Shown piece by piece: positions 18,375-27,674 of a stretch of DNA of 64,000 bases. This DNA comes from Desulfovibrio sp. (GTDB lineage Bacteria > Desulfobacterota > Desulfovibrionia > Desulfovibrionales > Desulfovibrionaceae), in contig JAVBPV010000033.1 in assembly GCA_031549405.1 (NCBI GenBank), positions 28,921 to 92,920 on the forward strand, written 5' to 3'. Below the pieces are notes generated by a model, which saw only the letters and a list, made by a program, of their open reading frames with translations, had not been told where the DNA came from and searched no databases. Position numbers and translations under genes: made by a program. How positions within the stretch are numbered: the first letter of the stretch is position 1; every line of letters begins with the position of its first letter.

Positions 18375-19955
18375 TCAGCCCCGCTTTTTGTCCGCCGAGT
18401 TGGCGAACCAGGCGGTGATGATGCCGCCCGCCTGGGCGACGTTAAGGGAATCGAAGGCGCGCAGCAGGGGGATGCGGATCAGGGTGTGGCAGCGCTTTTC
18501 CAGGCTTTGGCGGATGCCGCTTTCTTCGCCGCCAAGGACAAGCACGGCGGGCAGACGCGGGACAAGGGAAAAGAGGTCGGCGGCGGGGGCTTCCCGGTTT
18601 TTCGCGCCGTGCGGTGCGTGCTCGGGTTCGTCCGCGCCGCCGGTTCCCCCGGAAGGCCCGGCGTATTCCGCTTCGTCCGTTCCCGAGGCCGCGCCGTAGA
18701 TGGCGAACCCCAGCTTGTCCGCCTGGTCCAGCACATGGCCCAGGCTGGCGACCTTGGCCACGGGCAGAAGCTCCAGCGCCCCGGCGGCGGCCTTGGAGGC
18801 CGAAGCGCCGAGGTAGACCCCGTTGTGGCGCGGAATGATCATGCCCGCCCCGCCAAGGGCGTAAAGGGTGCGGGCCAGGGTGCCCGCGTTGCCGGGATCC
18901 TGCACCTGATCCAGCACCAGCACCAGGGGCAGGGGCGCGTCCATGGCCTTGTCGAAAATTTCCTCGGCCTCGACGAAGCCCGCCTCGAACAGCCGGGCCA
19001 CCACACCCTGGCTTTTGCCCGCGTAAACCCTGGCAAAGGCAGGGGGATCCAGCAGGGAAAAGCGCACGCCGGATTCGCGGCACAGGTCCAGCAGGCGGGC
19101 GGCCTCCTCGCCGTGGCGCCCCTTGCGCACAAAAACCATGTCCACCCGGCCGGGGGCGCGCTCCAAAAGCTCCAGCACGGGCTTCAGCCCCGGCAGCAGG
19201 CGGGGTTCTTCCCGCTCGGGCGCGCGGTCCGCGTCGGCACGGGGGGCATCCGGAAGCGGCGCGCCGTCCTCGCGGGGATAAAGAGCGCTTGGCTGGAAGC
19301 CCTCTTCGCCGGGGAATGCCCCGGTCCCGTGACGGCGGGTGTCTCCGTCTCTGTGCGGGCGGGAAGGCTCTCCACTGTGGCGGGGGGCTTCGCTGTCCCG
19401 CTCCCGGCGGGGCTTGCGGGGCGCGTCTTCAAAATCGTCGCGGCGGGGCTTGCGGAAAGCCTCGCGCGGGGGGGACGGACGGCCGTCCTGGCGGGGCCGG
19501 CCGGCATGATCCCGTCCGCCGTCGCGTCCCCGGTCATGCCCTTTGTCCTGAAACTCGCCGCGCCCGCGCCGGAAATCCTCTCCGGCCCCGTCGCGCCGCG
19601 CGTGTCCCGTGCCGTGGCGGCGTTCTTCGCGGCGGCTGTCGCCGGGCCGGGGACCGGAAGGGCGATCCCGCCGGTCGTGGCCGCCTTCACGGCCGGAGCG
19701 GCGCTTTTCAAACTCTGGATCGGCACGGCCGGAGCGGCGCTTTTCGTGATCGGGATCGGCACGGCCGGAGCGGGGAGCCTTCCGTTCATGTTCATCGTGT
19801 CCGGAGCGGCGTTTTTCATAATGATCGTCGCCCTTTTCAGAATGGCGGCGCGGGGCGCTTTCACCGTTTCCGGAACGGGGGCGGGAGGGTTCGCCGTCGC
19901 GCCGCTTGTCGCCGGAGCGCCGGGCCGGGGGCTTGGGAAAGGAGGAAAAACTCAT
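18375..19955 (-). CDS. TrmH/RlmB-family RNA 2'-O-methyltransferase with a long charged N-terminal extension
   Basis: LDQVQDPGNAGTLART, VLGGEESG and DSLNVAQA SpoU motifs; start position of the extension is uncertain. Confidence 0.85.
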   Translation of the reverse strand: MSFSSFPKPPARRSGDKRRDGEPSRPRSGNGESAPRRHSEKGDDHYEKRRSGHDEHERKAPRSGRADPDHEKRRSGRADPEFEKRRSGREGGHDRRDRPSGPRPGDSRREERRHGTGHARRDGAGEDFRRGRGEFQDKGHDRGRDGGRDHAGRPRQDGRPSPPREAFRKPRRDDFEDAPRKPRRERDSEAPRHSGEPSRPHRDGDTRRHGTGAFPGEEGFQPSALYPREDGAPLPDAPRADADRAPEREEPRLLPGLKPVLELLERAPGRVDMVFVRKGRHGEEAARLLDLCRESGVRFSLLDPPAFARVYAGKSQGVVARLFEAGFVEAEEIFDKAMDAPLPLVLVLDQVQDPGNAGTLARTLYALGGAGMIIPRHNGVYLGASASKAAAGALELLPVAKVASLGHVLDQADKLGFAIYGAASGTDEAEYAGPSGGTGGADEPEHAPHGAKNREAPAADLFSLVPRLPAVLVLGGEESGIRQSLEKRCHTLIRIPLLRAFDSLNVAQAGGIITAWFANSADKKRG

Positions 19956-20265
19956 GAGTTTTCTCGGAAAAGGGATTACAGGGGAAAAAGGGACGGCTGG
20001 ATCTTCGGTCCCGCCCCCCGGCTAAAAAGAAGCCTGACGGAACATCACGGCAACCCGGGCTGTTTCCGGGTTGGTTGCCTAGCGGGACGGGATGAGGTAT
20101 AGCATATGCCGCGCAAGCTCTGCCCGCATCCCGCCGCGAGAAAAGCCGGGGGCGGAGGCCGGGCCGCGCATCCGTGCTTTTGCGCCTACGTACCCGTCAA
20201 TCCGCGGCAATGCAAGCCGTATTCCATGCGTATTGCTTCTTTTCCCGCCGACCATAGAGGATTCC

Positions 20266-22197
20266 ATGGCCCCATTCCCGCTCAGAACGCCTTTTTACCG
20301 CTTGTGCCTGTTGCTGGCGCTGATTCTGGCCCTGGCCGCCTGTACTCCTAAAAAACCCTCTTCGGATCTTTCGGGCAAATTTCAGCAGGATTACGAGGAA
20401 GTGGTGCAGGAGCCCTATGTCCCCCGCGATGACGGCCTGCCCCTGACCCCCGCCGAACTCGAGGCCTTCAACACCAAGGGGGTTCTGGACGCCAATCTTT
20501 CACAGGAAGACGCAAGGATTGTCGAACTGCACTTCAAGTACTTTGTCCACGATCACAGGCGCACAATGGAGCGCTTTATCCAGCGCACCGCGCGCTACCT
20601 GCCCTACATTAAAAAGGTGTTCAACGAACGCGGCATTCCCGAAGAAATCGCCTATCTTTCCATGGTGGAAAGCGGCGGCAACCCCAACGCCATCTCGCCC
20701 GCCGGGGCCGTGGGGCTGTGGCAGTTCATGCCTTACACCGGCCGCAAGTTCGGGCTGGAGCAGACTTCGTGGATTGACGAGCGGCGCGATCCCTTCAAGG
20801 CCACATACGCGGCTTCCGACTATCTGCTGAAGCTGTACACCGACTTTGGCGACTGGCATCTGGCCGCCGCCGCGTACAACGCGGGCGAGGGCAAGATAGG
20901 CAAGGCCGTGGAAGGCACCGGGGCCACGGATTTTTTCGAGCTGTGCCGCCTGGACTGCAACCTTGAGGAAAAACAGCGCCTGAAGGAGGAAACCCGCCAG
21001 TACGTGCCGCGTCTTCTCGCCGTGGCCAAAATCATGCGCAACCTGAAATTGCTGGGTTTTTCCGAGCCTTCCCCGGCCGACTCCTACGACTTTGAAACCG
21101 TCACCGTGCCGCCGGGCACCAGTCTTTCCGGCCTGGCCCGCACCCTGGGGCTGACCTGGGACGAATTTTCGGGCATGAACCCGGCCTTTCGGCGCACCGC
21201 CAGCCCGCCCACCGGCACCAGCACGGCCTACGTGCTGCCGGAAAAAAAGCGGGAAGCCGAAATCTGGCTGGCCAGCTCCGAAGCGCGTATCTACGCCGAC
21301 TGGAGGGAATACAGGGTCCGCAAGGGCGATACCCTGTCCTCCATCAGCAAGCGCAACCGGACCAGCGTGGCCGATTTGCGCATGGCCAACGGGTTTCACT
21401 CCCTGCCCAGGCCCGGCTCGACCATCATGATCCCCGGACGTTCCAAAGAGCCTGTCTACGCGGCTCTGCCGGAGCGTGATTCCGCCCCCACAGCCAGCGC
21501 GGGCAAATATACCGTCGCTCCGGGCGACACCCTGTATTCCCTGGCCGCCGCATGGGGCACCGACGTGCACAGCATTCGCCTGGCCAACCGCCTGGGGTCC
21601 GGTGACGACAAACTGAGCATCGGCCAGCGTCTTTCCGTGCCCGGCAACAGCAAAAATCGGCCCGCCGTCCGGCATGCCGCCGGGGCGCAGGCGGCGGGAC
21701 ACAAGGCCCCCCAGTCTTCCGTCCAGTCCGCTTCTGTTCCGGCTTCTTCCGCGCGGGACGGGGATGCCGCCCGCGCGTCATCCACCTATGTGGTGAGCTC
21801 CGGCGATACGCTGTCCGGCATCGCGCTCGCGCGCGATATTTCCATGCATGCCTTGCTCACGGCCAACGGCCTGGACCAGAAGGCCGTCTTGAAGGTGGGC
21901 CAGACCCTGCGTATTCCCCACGCGGGCGCGGAGGCGGCAAGCGCCCCGGCCGCAAAACCGGCGGATCGCGCCGCAAGGCCCGGAACGACCCAGGCCGCGC
22001 GGACGACGGCCCGGCAGGCGGAAAAGCCCGCCCCGGAACTTCCCGGCAAGCCCCTGACCGTCACCGTGCGCAAAGGGGACACCCTGTATTCCCTTTCCCG
22101 CAAGCACAACATCACCGTGGCCGCCCTGCGGCAGGCCAACGGCCTTGGCCCCAACGGCGGGGTGAATATCGGGCAAAAGCTTCGTATTCCCCAGTAA
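20266..22197 (+). CDS. mltD: MltD-like lytic transglycosylase lipoprotein with several LysM domains
   Basis: LAAC lipobox; SLT motifs VESG, GLWQFMP and AYNAGEG; four (K/P/S)GDTL LysM repeats. Confidence 0.9.
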   Translation: MAPFPLRTPFYRLCLLLALILALAACTPKKPSSDLSGKFQQDYEEVVQEPYVPRDDGLPLTPAELEAFNTKGVLDANLSQEDARIVELHFKYFVHDHRRTMERFIQRTARYLPYIKKVFNERGIPEEIAYLSMVESGGNPNAISPAGAVGLWQFMPYTGRKFGLEQTSWIDERRDPFKATYAASDYLLKLYTDFGDWHLAAAAYNAGEGKIGKAVEGTGATDFFELCRLDCNLEEKQRLKEETRQYVPRLLAVAKIMRNLKLLGFSEPSPADSYDFETVTVPPGTSLSGLARTLGLTWDEFSGMNPAFRRTASPPTGTSTAYVLPEKKREAEIWLASSEARIYADWREYRVRKGDTLSSISKRNRTSVADLRMANGFHSLPRPGSTIMIPGRSKEPVYAALPERDSAPTASAGKYTVAPGDTLYSLAAAWGTDVHSIRLANRLGSGDDKLSIGQRLSVPGNSKNRPAVRHAAGAQAAGHKAPQSSVQSASVPASSARDGDAARASSTYVVSSGDTLSGIALARDISMHALLTANGLDQKAVLKVGQTLRIPHAGAEAASAPAAKPADRAARPGTTQAARTTARQAEKPAPELPGKPLTVTVRKGDTLYSLSRKHNITVAALRQANGLGPNGGVNIGQKLRIPQ

Positions 22198-22228
22198 GAC
22201 ATGCCATTTTAAAACCGCAGCGGGTTTT

Positions 22229-22798
22229 ATGACGACGACCGTGCAACTTTCCCTCATGCCGCAGCCGTATCTGGTGCTGGACGTGGAAACGCGCCTTTCC
22301 GCCCGCGAGGTGGGCGGCTGGCACATGGCCCGGCATATGGGCGTCAGCATCGCCGTGCTGTACGACTCGCGTACCGACGCCTTCACCGCCTATACTCAAG
22401 ATCAGATTCCCGAGCTGGGCGAGGTTCTCGCCTCCGGTCCCCTGGTGGTGGGATTCAACACCCTGCGCTTCGACTATGCCGTGCTGGCCCCCCACGCCCC
22501 GGCCTGCGACTTTTTGCGCCTGCATTCCCTGGATATTCTGGCCGAGCTGGAAAAAGAACTGGGGCACCGCGTTTCTCTGGACAGTCTGGCCTCGGCCACC
22601 CTGGGCGCGCAAAAAAGCGCCGATGGCCTGCTGGCCCTGCGCTGGTGGAAGGAAAACCGCCTGGATCTCATCGAGGAATACTGCCGCAAGGACGTGGCCC
22701 TGACCCGCGACCTGTACCGGCACGGGCGCGACAAAGGGTTTTTGCTGTATACCCGCAAGGACGGCTCCGTCGGCAAAGCCCGTGCCCTTTGGACCTGA
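22229..22798 (+). CDS. RNase H-like (YprB-type, DEDD) domain protein
   Basis: LDVET, GFNTLRFD and EYCRKDV exonuclease-like motifs. Confidence 0.8.
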   Translation: MTTTVQLSLMPQPYLVLDVETRLSAREVGGWHMARHMGVSIAVLYDSRTDAFTAYTQDQIPELGEVLASGPLVVGFNTLRFDYAVLAPHAPACDFLRLHSLDILAELEKELGHRVSLDSLASATLGAQKSADGLLALRWWKENRLDLIEEYCRKDVALTRDLYRHGRDKGFLLYTRKDGSVGKARALWT

Positions 22799-23950
<1,152 letters not shown>

Positions 23951-23960
23951 CCTTCGGGTA

Positions 23961-24430
23961 AGGGGCAAAGCCCCTGGGCTCCTTTGCCGGAGGGCTCCGC
24001 CTCTGGGAACTCCGCCAAGGGGCTTCGCCCAAACCCGGCCAAGGGGCTCCGCCCCTTGGAACCCCGCAAGGGACTTGCGTCCCTTGACCCTTTTTCGGGG
24101 TGGGTGCGGCGCGTGCCGGCGGTTTGCCCTGTTGTGCCGTACAGACGCTCCCGGCGCGGGTTTCGCCGTTATAGTGAAAAAGCTCAGGAACCAGAGCGGA
24201 GTTTGAATCCATGCCGTCCTGAAAACGGTGGATTCAAGCTCCGCTCTGGTTCCTGAGCTTTTTGGACTTAAAGGCTGAACTCACGCCGAGAGCCGCTATA
24301 CGGCACAACAAAATACGTTGCCGATAAGCGATGCATCCCCCAGATACAGGGTGCAGGGACGCAAGTCCCTGCCGGGGGAGCCCGAGGGGGCAGCGCCCCC
24401 TCGGTGGGTGCCAAGGGGCGGAGCCCCCTG
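23961..24430. repeat. Large foldback (REPIN/MITE-like) element, copy 2
   Basis: Arms 24070-24083/24356-24369 and 24177-24210/24230-24263; reverse-complement homolog of 17903-18335. Confidence 0.9.
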
Positions 24431-24441
24431 GGAAAAAGTCT

Positions 24442-25494
24442 TTACCCCGGCATGACGGCCAGCATGACGGCGCAGTTTTGGGGCAGATCGACCTCAAGAC
24501 GCCGGATGTCGCGCGCACCGGCGTTTTGGAGCATGGCGGCGAGTTCGCTGCGGGTATAGGCCTGTCCGCCCTGGGTGCCCACAAGCATGTTAAGGGAGAA
24601 CAGGGCGGGGTGCAGGGGGCCATCAAGGTTGTCTTCGAGCATGAATTCCTGGATGCAGAGCAGGCCGCCGGGATTAAGGCAGCGGGCGGCTTTGGCGACG
24701 ATATCGGCGGCCTGGTCAGGGGAGCCGCCGTGCAGAATCTGGGAAATCCAGGCGGCGTCGTAGCCGTGGGGGAGTTCCTGCAGGTGGAAGTCGCCCCCCG
24801 CGAAGTCGATGCGGTCCCGCATGCCGTAGCGATCCACGATTTTTTCCGCGTAGGGGCGGGTGGTGGGCTTGTCAAAGATGGTGGCGGAAAGATGGGGATT
24901 TTCCCGGCAGAAAAAGACGGCATAGGTGCCGGGGCCGCCGCCCACGTCCAGCAGGCGCTTGCGGGCGGAAAGATTAAGATGGCGGGCCACTGTCTGGGCC
25001 TGATGCACGGCGATGTTGAACATGCCCAGAAGAAAGGCTTCGCGTTCCTCTTCCTCGTCGGTGTCGGAGGAGGACGCGGAGCGGATGGGCCCGCCCTGGC
25101 GGACGGCTTCGTCAAGCCGGCTCCAGGCCGGCATCAGGTGGTGGTGGTGCAGGATGATGAAGCCGAGATACTCGGACGAGGTCCGGGAAAGATAGCGAAT
25201 GGCGGTTTCGGTGGCGGCGTAGACGCTGCCCGTGCACAGGTCGAAGCCCACGGGGGCGGAACCGGACGGGGCGGCGCGTTTTTCCAGGCGCAGCAGTCCG
25301 GCGGCGGCAAGGGCCGTAAGCAGCATGCCCAGCCCGCGCGGGTCGCACCCGGCGGCCCCGGCAAGTTCTTTGCCGCTTTGGGGCGCCGCGGCCAGACGGG
25401 TGAAAAGATCAAGGCGTACGGCGGTCTGAAGCATGGAACTGCGCCAGTATGCGCCGGAAGTGGCGAGAATGTCGCCGACGGTCCATTCTTTCAC
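24442..25494 (-). CDS. SAM-dependent methyltransferase (O-methyltransferase type with N-terminal dimerisation domain)
   Basis: LLDVGGGPG, GGDF and SQILH motifs; GGAGG RBS before the GTG. Confidence 0.88.
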   Translation of the reverse strand: MKEWTVGDILATSGAYWRSSMLQTAVRLDLFTRLAAAPQSGKELAGAAGCDPRGLGMLLTALAAAGLLRLEKRAAPSGSAPVGFDLCTGSVYAATETAIRYLSRTSSEYLGFIILHHHHLMPAWSRLDEAVRQGGPIRSASSSDTDEEEEREAFLLGMFNIAVHQAQTVARHLNLSARKRLLDVGGGPGTYAVFFCRENPHLSATIFDKPTTRPYAEKIVDRYGMRDRIDFAGGDFHLQELPHGYDAAWISQILHGGSPDQAADIVAKAARCLNPGGLLCIQEFMLEDNLDGPLHPALFSLNMLVGTQGGQAYTRSELAAMLQNAGARDIRRLEVDLPQNCAVMLAVMPG

Positions 25495-25708
25495 GGGAGC
25501 CTCCAGATCATGGTCAGTATAAGATGTGACGCCGGAGGGCAGTCCGGCGCGCCGCCGGGGCGGCGGGATCGAGCCCGGAACCGCGTTCCAGTTAAACCGA
25601 TTTCCCGGCGGATGTCACGGCTTGCCGGAAAGCCCCGCCGTTCGCCGGGGAACTTTGCGGCGATCTGTGGTTTTTTGCTCGTGTGGCTGTGTGCGCTGAT
25701 GAACTTTT

Positions 25709-25736
25709 GTGCGATATCGCACGTGCGATTACGCAC
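25709..25736. promoter_or_regulatory. Tandem palindromic upstream activating sequences (candidate sigma-54 activator sites)
   Basis: GTGCGATATCGCAC directly followed by GTGCGATTACGCAC, about 110-135 bp upstream of the -24 element. Confidence 0.6.
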
Positions 25737-25844
25737 TTTATCCGGTGGGCGCGGGAATGCCACCGTGTACACGCGGGTTCTATGTTTGCAGATAATATAT
25801 TAAGATAATTATATATTTATAAAAAATGAGAAAAAACGCCGTTG

Positions 25845-25861
25845 TTGGCACGCTAGTTGCT
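25845..25861 (+). promoter_or_regulatory. Sigma-54 (-24/-12) promoter
   Basis: TTGGCACGCTAGTTGCT matches TGGCACG-N4-TTGCW exactly; preceded by a very AT-rich tract (25790-25836). Confidence 0.85.
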
Positions 25862-25871
25862 CTAAATAAAA

Positions 25872-26044
25872 CAACTGACACAGCGAGGTGCCCCCCTCAC
25901 CTCCCCCACAAGCTTCCCCCTGGCTTGGTCAGAAGCTTCCCAGAGCATCCGGCTCCCCCCCCCTCAAGCCGGAGAAGTAAAAAGCTCCCCCCTAACAGAA
26001 AGCCTCTGCCCCCCTCAGAGGCTCTTCTGTTTTAGGCGCTTTTT
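25872..26044 (+). ncRNA. Candidate sigma-54-dependent small RNA with repeated C-rich hairpin loops
   Basis: Begins about 12 nt after the -12 GC; four clear hairpins with loops CCCCCCT, TCCCCCT, C9TCA and CCCCCCT; ends in a stem plus T-tract; no RBS/ORF downstream of the promoter. Confidence 0.7.
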
Positions 26045-26071
26045 GTATGGCATTGCTCACCCCGGAACAGC

Positions 26072-26156
26072 CGCCAGAGCGAATTGGCTTTGAACATGTC
26101 TCTTTGCTCTGGCGACGGGCGGCGCGCGGCGCGCGGAAGCAGGCGAAATTTGTTTC
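26072..26156. repeat. Dispersed repeat family 2 (AGAGC/GCTCT hairpin + GGCGAAA-TTGTTTC), degenerate copy
   Basis: Aligns by eye with the reverse complement of 37803-37887. Confidence 0.6.
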
Positions 26157-26194
26157 CTGGCGAAGCCTGTGGAATTTTCCGCGCGAGCGACGGG

Positions 26195-27088
26195 TTACAG
26201 CAGCCGGAACTGTTCCTGTTCCGGCCTTACCCTGCGGAAGGTTTTGCGGTGCAGCCGGCAGGGACCCAGGGAAGCCAGGGCGGCAAGGTGCCGCTCCACG
26301 CCGTACCCCTTGTGCCCGGCAAAGCCGTAGCCGGGAAACAGCGTGTCCAGGCGGACCATAAGGGCATCCCGCCAGGTTTTCGCCAGTATGGAGGCCGCGG
26401 ACACCGCCGGGCACAGGGCGTCGCCGTCCACCACGGCAAACTGGGATGCGGGGCGGGGCCGGGGCGGGCACGCCGCGAGGAAAAAAGGCGCGGGCGAAAT
26501 GGGGGGGCGGCGGCCCGGGAGGATGGGCGGACGCTTTTCAACGGCGACGGACGCGGCGAAGAAGGGTACAAAAAAGGGCCGGGGCGGCGGGGGAAAGGCC
26601 GACCGCCATTCCAGTTCCGGAATGACGTGGTTGCCGTCGATAACCAGAGGGGGCAGGCTGTCCGCCGGTCCGGCGGCCGGGGCGGGCGGGTCGTTTTCAC
26701 ACGGCCCGGACGTTGTCCCCGAATCCGCGGCGGGCGGGGCGTTTTTCCGCTCCGCTTCAGGCCTTGCGCTGCCGTGCAAAAAGCCGCCCCGCGCGGCCAG
26801 GGCGGCCACGGCCCGGCTCATGGCCCGGAAGGTGGCGTTAAGGATGTTGGCGGTGTCGATTTCTTCCGGCCAGGCCAGTCCCACTCCCCAGGCCAGCGCA
26901 TGGCCGCGTATGGCCGGGGCCAGGGCGTCCCGTCTGGCTTCGGACAGCTTTTTGGAATCGGTCAGGCCCGGCAGCGCGCTTTGCGGGTCAAAGCCCGGCG
27001 GAAACAGCACCGCCGCCGCCGTCACCGGACCGGCCAGGCAGCCCCGCCCGGCCTCGTCCACGCCGATATGAAACTGGGGAATATGCAT
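26195..27088 (-). CDS. rnhB: Ribonuclease HII with Pro/Ala-rich insertions
   Basis: GVDEAGRGCLAGPV, DSKKL, IDGN, AASILAK, HKGYG and HRKTF. Confidence 0.93.
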   Translation of the reverse strand: MHIPQFHIGVDEAGRGCLAGPVTAAAVLFPPGFDPQSALPGLTDSKKLSEARRDALAPAIRGHALAWGVGLAWPEEIDTANILNATFRAMSRAVAALAARGGFLHGSARPEAERKNAPPAADSGTTSGPCENDPPAPAAGPADSLPPLVIDGNHVIPELEWRSAFPPPPRPFFVPFFAASVAVEKRPPILPGRRPPISPAPFFLAACPPRPRPASQFAVVDGDALCPAVSAASILAKTWRDALMVRLDTLFPGYGFAGHKGYGVERHLAALASLGPCRLHRKTFRRVRPEQEQFRLL

Positions 27089-27128
27089 TGATCAGGAAGT
27101 GTGGCGGCCGCGCGGCGAAACAGGAATA

Positions 27129-27166
27129 CGAGCCGCGCCGGGGACCGTGTTCCCCGGCGCGGCTCG
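27129..27166 (-). terminator. 16-bp GC hairpin downstream of rplS
   Basis: CGAGCCGCGCCGGGGA/TCCCCGGCGCGGCTCG, followed on the minus strand by a T-rich stretch. Confidence 0.55.
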
Positions 27167-27212
27167 GCCCGCGATAGCGAGCGCCCCACAGGATGTGGGG
27201 CCGAGCGTCATC

Positions 27213-27560
27213 TTAATAATTATTTTTGGGCTTGATGCGCGCGGCCTTGCCCTTGAGCTCGCGCAGGTAGTACAGGCGGCTGCGGCGCACGCGGCCTTCC
27301 GTGATCAGTTCGACGTTTTCGATGAAGGGCGAGTGCAGAGGAAACACGCGCTCAACGCCCACGCCGCCGGAGATTTTCCGCACGGTGAAGGTGCCGCCGG
27401 TGGTGCCCCGGCGCAGGCGGATCACGTTGCCCTGAAAGACCTGGATGCGTTCTTTTTCGCCTTCCACGATGCGCATGTGCACCTTGACGGTATCGCCGGC
27501 CTTGAAGGCCGGCAGGTCCATGCGCAGCTGTTCCTGCTCAATCTGTCTGATGATGTCCAT
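27213..27560 (-). CDS. rplS: 50S ribosomal protein L19
   Basis: [26 protein letters not shown] and [10 protein letters not shown]; GGGAG RBS. Confidence 0.97.
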   Translation of the reverse strand: MDIIRQIEQEQLRMDLPAFKAGDTVKVHMRIVEGEKERIQVFQGNVIRLRRGTTGGTFTVRKISGGVGVERVFPLHSPFIENVELITEGRVRRSRLYYLRELKGKAARIKPKNNY

Positions 27561-27674
27561 AGCTGTCTCCCTTGCCCCGGGGCGTGTCGCCCTTGTGTAT
27601 ATTGAAGATTCCGGGGGCCGCCGCGTGCGGCGCGGCCCTGTCATTATCGCCTGGAATGCCCTGTGCGTCCGCCG

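Noticed and set aside
25500-25680. Possible cobalamin riboswitch upstream of the methyltransferase
   Set aside because: GGGAA is present, but the following stem and the B12 box are missing.
25826-26035. 69-aa Pro-rich ORF over the candidate sRNA
   Set aside because: Its ATG lies upstream of the sigma-54 promoter, it has no RBS, and the prolines simply reflect the C-rich loops.
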